Positions 59,069 to 64,000 of a stretch of 64,000 bases of DNA are shown here, piece after piece. Within the stretch, counting starts at the first letter, position 1. Every line of letters begins with the position of its first letter. Source of the DNA: an uncultured delta proteobacterium (lineage in GTDB: Bacteria > Myxococcota > Myxococcia > Myxococcales > Myxococcaceae). The position numbers and the translations under genes are program-made. The stretch is taken from positions 320,001-384,000 of the forward strand of contig CAVQKE010000001.1 of NCBI GenBank assembly GCA_963713045.1. The letters are read 5' to 3'. The notes beneath the pieces are model-generated. The model saw only the letters and a list, made by a program, of their open reading frames with translations. It was not told the origin of the DNA and did no database searches.

Positions 59069-60487
59069 AGGCGCCCTTTTTCGCTCGCCCCGGACCGACG
59101 GCCGCGGCGCTCGCGCTGCTCATCGCCTCGGCTGCGCTGGTCGCGCCGTGGACCGGGCACGTCGACGACACCGACTCTCAGCTGTACCAGGTGGTGGCGC
59201 GCCACATGGTGGAGGACGGCAGCTGGCTCGACTTGCGCTACCTGCCCGGGGTGCACCCCAGCTTTCGCGAGCACTTGCCCTTCGGGCTGTGGCCCTGGGC
59301 GTTGGCCATCCGCCTCGGCGGCGAGCGGGCGCTGGCCCCCCTGGCCGGCCTGTTTACCCTGGGCACCCTCCTCCTGGTGGCGTGGCTGGGCCGGCGTTTC
59401 GGGGGCTGGGCCATGGCCGCCCTCGCCCTGTTGGTGCTGGGCACCACCGAGTCCTTCATTGTGTACGGGGCGGCCGCGCCTGGACCCGTTGCTGTTGCTG
59501 CTTGTCGTCGCCTCCATGGCCCCGGTGCTGGCCTGGCCGGCCAGTGCCCGGCGGTGGCTGTTGGGGGCTGCGTTTGCTGCCGGAGCGGCGTTGGTGAAGG
59601 GGCCCTTCGGGCTGTTGCCCTTCCTCGCCGCGGGACTCAGCCTCGCCGCGCAGTCGCGCAGCGCGCGCCTGCTGGCCCGCGCCCTGTTTTTCACCCTGCT
59701 TGCCACGCTGCCGGTGGGTGCCTTCCTGCTGGCGGACAAGACGTGGGGCAGCGGCACCTGGTGGCGGGGCTACCTGGACTCCCAACTTCTCGCCTCCGCC
59801 ACCGGCAGCCGCCTGGACGGACTCGAGCCTTGGTGGTTTCCCTTTTCCACCGTCGCCACGCGCTTCTGGCCTGGCCTTCCGCTGGTGGGGCTGGGGCTGG
59901 CGCGGGCCGCCGGCTGGCCTCGCCAGTTGGACGTGGAGAGGCCTCCCACGCCGCAGGTGGCTCGGCGGCTGGCCCTTTGCGCGCTTTTGGTGCTGCTGGG
60001 ACTGGCCCTGCCTGAGCGCAAGGTGTGGCACCACGCCCTGGTGGCCTACCCGCTGCTGGCCCTGCTGGCCGCGGCCGGGGGAACGCCCGTGCTTCGCCGC
60101 TGGCTGTCCACCGTGCGCCGGCAGCGGACCGCGCTGGCGGCACTGGCGGCGCTGGCGGGGGTGTGCCTCGGCTTCGTCGCCGCCGGCGGCGGCGCCCGGG
60201 TGTGGAGGCCGTGTGTCGTGGCGGAGGAGTTTCACAGCGAATTGGACGCCCTTGGCCCCGGGCAGGCGGTGCTGGTGGTGTCGGAGCCGCCGCACTGGCG
60301 CATGGTGGCTGCCCTTGCTGCGGAAAAACGCCTGGAGCCCTGGATGGCACCCACCCTCGCTGGGGCGCCCGCGCACGGCGCCCGGCTGGCCCTGGTGGAG
60401 AGTCACCTGTTGCCGAGCGGCACGCTGCCGGCGCCTTGGCAGCGGGCCAAGGAAGCGCGGGGCTGGGTGCTGTTGCGCCGGGAGTAG
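59065..60487 (+). pseudogene. ArnT/PMT-like GT-C membrane glycosyltransferase, frameshifted at a G4 run (probable sequencing error)
   Basis: DDTDSQLY..VARHM..GSW..EHLP N-terminus. Frame switches at 59467-59470 into RPRLDPLL...LVKGP. Confidence 0.75.
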
Positions 60488-60493
60488 GGGGGC

Positions 60494-61579
60494 CTACTGA
60501 CTCTCCGTTTCTTCCCGGAGGAGGCGCGCTTTGCGCGCGGCGCCCCAGCGGTAGCCTCCCACGCTGCCGTCCGCATGGACGACGCGGTGGCAGGGGATGA
60601 GGACGGCCACCGGGTTTCTGGCGCAGGCCTGCGCCACCGCGCGCGCCGCATGGGGGGCCCGCACCGTACGGGCGACGTCCCGGTAGCTGGCCGTTTGCCC
60701 CGGGGGAATGGCCTGGAGGGCCTTCCAGACGCGCAGCTGGAAGGCCGTCCCGTGAATGTCCAAAGGGACGCTGGGCGACTTCCACGGGCGGTCCACGCTG
60801 TGCACTGCCTGCTGCACCCAAGCCGCCTCGGCCTTGCTTGCCGGGACCAGCACCGCCTGTGGGTATTCTGCCCGCAGCTCGGCCAGCAGGGCTGCGTCGG
60901 AGTTGCCGAAGGCCACGCGGCACACGCCGCGCTCGGTGGTGGCCACCAATGTGCGGCCCAGCGAAGTCTCGGTGACGGCGTAGCCAATGCGCTGGCCTGC
61001 GCCCCGGGCGCGGTAGGCCGAGGGCGTCATGCCCAGCTGGTTGCGCGTCCGGGCGTAGGCCCGGCTCGGTGCCTGGTAGCCGGCCGCATAAATGGCAGCG
61101 CTCACCCCGTCTTCCGTCCGCAGCGCCTCCTTCAGCTGGCGAAAACGCCGCGCCTCCACGTAGGCCTTGGGGGACAGGCCGGTGTGCCGTTTGAAGAGGC
61201 GTTGCAGGTAACCCGGGCTGAGGCTGACGGCTTGGGCCAGCTGAGCCAAGGTGGGCACCGGCTGGACGTCGGCCGCAAGCAATGCCCGGACGCGCTCCAC
61301 CACCGCCTCGGCCGGCCCGAGGGCCGCCTGGGGGTGGCAGCGCTGGCATGCGCGGTACCCCTGACGCTCGGCCGCCGCGGCCGAGGGAAGGAAGCGGACG
61401 TTGCTGCGCAGCGGCCGGCGGGAAGGACAAGACGGGCGGCAGTAAACGGTGGTGGTTTCCACGGCGTAGACGAAGCGGCCGTCCCAGCCGCGGTCACGCT
61501 GCAACACCGCACGCCAATAGGCCTCGGCGTCCAACTCCAACGGTCTTTCGACCACTTCCACTTCAGCTTGGGCCTGCAT
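60494..61579 (-). CDS. ada: Bifunctional Ada transcriptional activator/O6-methylguanine methyltransferase
   Basis: YCRPSC...RACQRC Zn domain, AraC-type HTH, GTAFQ and IPCHRV. Confidence 0.95.
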   Translation of the reverse strand: MQAQAEVEVVERPLELDAEAYWRAVLQRDRGWDGRFVYAVETTTVYCRPSCPSRRPLRSNVRFLPSAAAAERQGYRACQRCHPQAALGPAEAVVERVRALLAADVQPVPTLAQLAQAVSLSPGYLQRLFKRHTGLSPKAYVEARRFRQLKEALRTEDGVSAAIYAAGYQAPSRAYARTRNQLGMTPSAYRARGAGQRIGYAVTETSLGRTLVATTERGVCRVAFGNSDAALLAELRAEYPQAVLVPASKAEAAWVQQAVHSVDRPWKSPSVPLDIHGTAFQLRVWKALQAIPPGQTASYRDVARTVRAPHAARAVAQACARNPVAVLIPCHRVVHADGSVGGYRWGAARKARLLREETESQ

Positions 61580-62226
61580 CAGCCCACCTCCCGTTCGCTG
61601 GGCAAATACCCGGCAGCGTTTGCAGGGTAGGGAAAGACTTGGGCGATGTGCCCGGGCTGTTTCCGCACCCGGGCCAGCCACGCCAGCACCGCCGGGTAGC
61701 GTTCCAGCACAAAGCCTGCCTCATGTGCCAGGTGGGTGTAGGCGTAGAGCGAGATGTCGGCAATGCAATAGCTGTCACCGCCGAAGAAGGGCCACTCCGC
61801 CAGGTGCCCCTCCATGGTGGCGAGAACGGCCTCGCCCAGTCGCCGCTTTGGCGCCACCAGGGCCGGGTACCGGGACAGCTTTCCCGTCAGCGTCCAGTGC
61901 CGCAGCGTGGCGATGCTGGGCTGATGGGCCTCCTGCTCGAAAAACATCCACCGCAGGGCTTGGGCCTGCGCCAGGGCCGTCGATGGCCAGTAGGGCGTGC
62001 CTGCGGCCAGGTAGTAGAGAATGGCGTTGGACTCGGGGATGAAGACCCCCGGGCTTGGCTCGAGCACCGGGACGGTGCCGCTCGCATTCATCCGGAGAAA
62101 GTCAGCCGTTGCGGCCTCGCCAGCGAAAATGTCCACCCAACTCGTCTCGTACGCTGTCCCAAGGTGCGAGAGGAGGAGGCGGACTTTGTAGCCATTTTGC
62201 GAGGCGGCATAGTCGTACAGGTGCAT
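61579..62226 (-). CDS. Glutathione S-transferase family protein
   Basis: SQNGYKV, GTVPVL, ESNAILYYLA and IADISLYAY motifs. Confidence 0.93.
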   Translation of the reverse strand: MHLYDYAASQNGYKVRLLLSHLGTAYETSWVDIFAGEAATADFLRMNASGTVPVLEPSPGVFIPESNAILYYLAAGTPYWPSTALAQAQALRWMFFEQEAHQPSIATLRHWTLTGKLSRYPALVAPKRRLGEAVLATMEGHLAEWPFFGGDSYCIADISLYAYTHLAHEAGFVLERYPAVLAWLARVRKQPGHIAQVFPYPANAAGYLPSEREVG

Positions 62227-62733
62227 GGGCTTGTCTCCAAGTGGGAAGGCCACTTCCTTAAAGGCGTGGCGGACAGGCGAGAGTTGTCCAGCCGCGGCCT
62301 TCGGTGCCCCCCGCTTGTTGCCTTCGAAGTCCCGTTCCCCAGCCAGCCGGCCCCGCGGCAGAAGAGGGGCGCTTCCGCCCCGGGTCGCAGAGGCTTCCCC
62401 CCTGCGGTGCCTGGCCCAGGGGCAGCGAAATTCTTCAAGACTTTTCAGCGACTTGGCCGCACCGCCCCATCCCGTAACTGGCGACACCCGCTTGGCGCCC
62501 CAGCGCCTGGCCGCTGCACGCGTCAGCAGCAATGCTTAGCCTTCTTCAGAGCTGGCCGCGGTTCCCCCCACCGAAGGCCAGTCGCCGCGTGAACCGCCGC
62601 TCCCTCTTTGAGGGAGCGCGCGGTCCGCGGGTTTCGCCCGAGGGCCCTTTTAAACTCCCGGGCTGCGCCACAGCTTGGCCCCGGGGCCCATGCCGGGTTG
62701 CACCCGGCGCGCCAGCGCCGCGGAAGGCGGGGC

Positions 62734-63858
62734 TTACCGCGCTGAACAGGACGGGGAAGGGGGGCCTTTGGCGGTTCGCACAGCGCAGAAGCCGCTGACG
62801 CTTCCAGCCACCGCCGCGGCCAGCCACAGCCCTTTGGCAAAACGGCGAAGTCCGCGTTTGGGGGTGCGTGGCACCAGCGGTGCGTCACCCAGGACGGCGA
62901 GGACGTCCTCGACGTGCGAGAAGCGGCGCGACGGGTCCAGTTGCAGGCAGCGGAGAATGGCCGCGTCCCAGCGAGCGCTGAGTCCAGGACGGCGCCGGGA
63001 GGGCGCTTCCGGAGCCTGCTCCAGCCGTTTCAGCGCGGACTCCATGGGGCTGTCCCCGACGAAGGGAAACGTGCCCGTCGCCATCTCGTACAGGACGATG
63101 CCAAGCGCGTAGACGTCGGTGGCTGGAGTGACGGGCGCACCCCGCACCTGTTCCGGCGCCATGTACAGCGGACTGCCCACCATCCCGCGGGGTGCCGGCC
63201 CTTCGCGGGCCTCGCCCGGCCGGATGCCGCAGGCCAGGCCAAAGTCCGTGACCACCACGCGCCGGGTGCCATCCGAAGCCCGCACCAGCATGACGTTGCT
63301 GCTCTTAAAGTCCCGGTGCACCACCCCTTCGCGGTGGGCGGCCGAGAGGGCAGCCACCATTTGCCGGACGAGAGGCAGCGCCTCGTCTCCCACTTTCCCT
63401 TCGCGCGCCAAGTACTCGCTCAGGGTGGGACCCTCGAGGAGCTCCATGGTGAGAAACACCAACGGGCACGGGCTGTCGTCCGGGGAGATGAAGAATTCAA
63501 AGAGGCGACAGACGTTGGGATGGGTGACGCGCCGGGCGAGCAACACCTCCCGGCGGAACTGCGCCAGTGCGGAGGCGTGGCAAAGCGCCGAGGCCCGCAG
63601 CGTCTTCAACGCCACCCGCGTGCCGAGCGCGCTGTCCTGGACGTCATACACCTCGCCCATCCCGCCGCGGGCCAACAGCTGCTGCACCCGGAAACGTCTG
63701 AGGAGGATGTCCCCGGGCCGAAACCGCTCAATCGACGTCTCGGCATGCTGTCGAAGGCGCGGCTCGGACCGTAGCGTCTGAGTTTCCGCCCCTAAGCGTC
63801 CAGCGCCGCTGGCGCCCGCGTCGGCAACGGGTCCGGGAAGGCAAGGTGGAGGTTGCAT
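62734..63858 (-). CDS. Hanks-type Ser/Thr protein kinase with a C-terminal hydrophobic anchor
   Basis: ARGGMG, VALK, HRDFKSSN, DFG and APE motifs. Confidence 0.93.
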   Translation of the reverse strand: MQPPPCLPGPVADAGASGAGRLGAETQTLRSEPRLRQHAETSIERFRPGDILLRRFRVQQLLARGGMGEVYDVQDSALGTRVALKTLRASALCHASALAQFRREVLLARRVTHPNVCRLFEFFISPDDSPCPLVFLTMELLEGPTLSEYLAREGKVGDEALPLVRQMVAALSAAHREGVVHRDFKSSNVMLVRASDGTRRVVVTDFGLACGIRPGEAREGPAPRGMVGSPLYMAPEQVRGAPVTPATDVYALGIVLYEMATGTFPFVGDSPMESALKRLEQAPEAPSRRRPGLSARWDAAILRCLQLDPSRRFSHVEDVLAVLGDAPLVPRTPKRGLRRFAKGLWLAAAVAGSVSGFCAVRTAKGPPSPSCSAR

Positions 63859-64000
63859 ACAATTTCAGGGGCAGCGTCCTGGAGATTGCGGATTGCCCGA
63901 TTCATCACAGGGCGACGGGGCGGACGCCGACACCACGGGCGCACCGGGGCCCCCGGGCGTTTCCAGGCGGGGGCTGGTCGCCGTTGGAATGGGAGGGCGT

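Noticed and set aside
1..64000. CRISPR arrays, tRNA/rRNA, transposases, integrases, prophage or defence genes
   Set aside because: No spaced repeats or recognisable motifs were seen by eye, and nearly all sequence is explained by CDS. Small RNAs cannot be excluded without a covariance-model search.

Overview
A GC-rich, gene-dense window that looks like Myxococcota chromosome (elb ether-lipid operon, eukaryote-like Ser/Thr kinase, DAG-repeat linkers). It holds about 55 CDS and no recognisable rRNA, tRNA, CRISPR array, transposase or phage gene. Main modules: (1) kdpABC with non-canonical regulation, where KdpD is split into a soluble Walker-A/Usp protein and a separate HAMP-PAS histidine kinase, with a convergent sigma-54 activator instead of KdpE; (2) mixed redox, peptidase and stress genes (DsbA-like, MDR, SDR, DUF885, DoxX, M64, Fluc, glpD, sthA, GH63, M1); (3) an lvaABC/ACAD10-like kinase, small protein and acyl-CoA dehydrogenase trio; (4) a four-gene CpxP-like/small protein/OmpR/kinase module with His-rich termini and a CpxR-box-like repeat; (5) a GldA/F/G-like ABC + DUF4340 operon ending in an Ogt-like domain (PSHR instead of PCHR) fused to AlkA; (6) sua5, a hemH with a [2Fe-2S]-type Cys insert, apaG, terC, glgX, a second doxX with an ECF-type promoter, and a stand-alone SWIB protein; (7) an elbA-E-like ether-lipid operon extended by a coupled ArnT-like GT-C gene; (8) ada, gst and a Ser/Thr kinase. 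Two genes are frameshifted in G-runs, probably sequencing errors. All calls come from motif recognition by eye, with no database searches.
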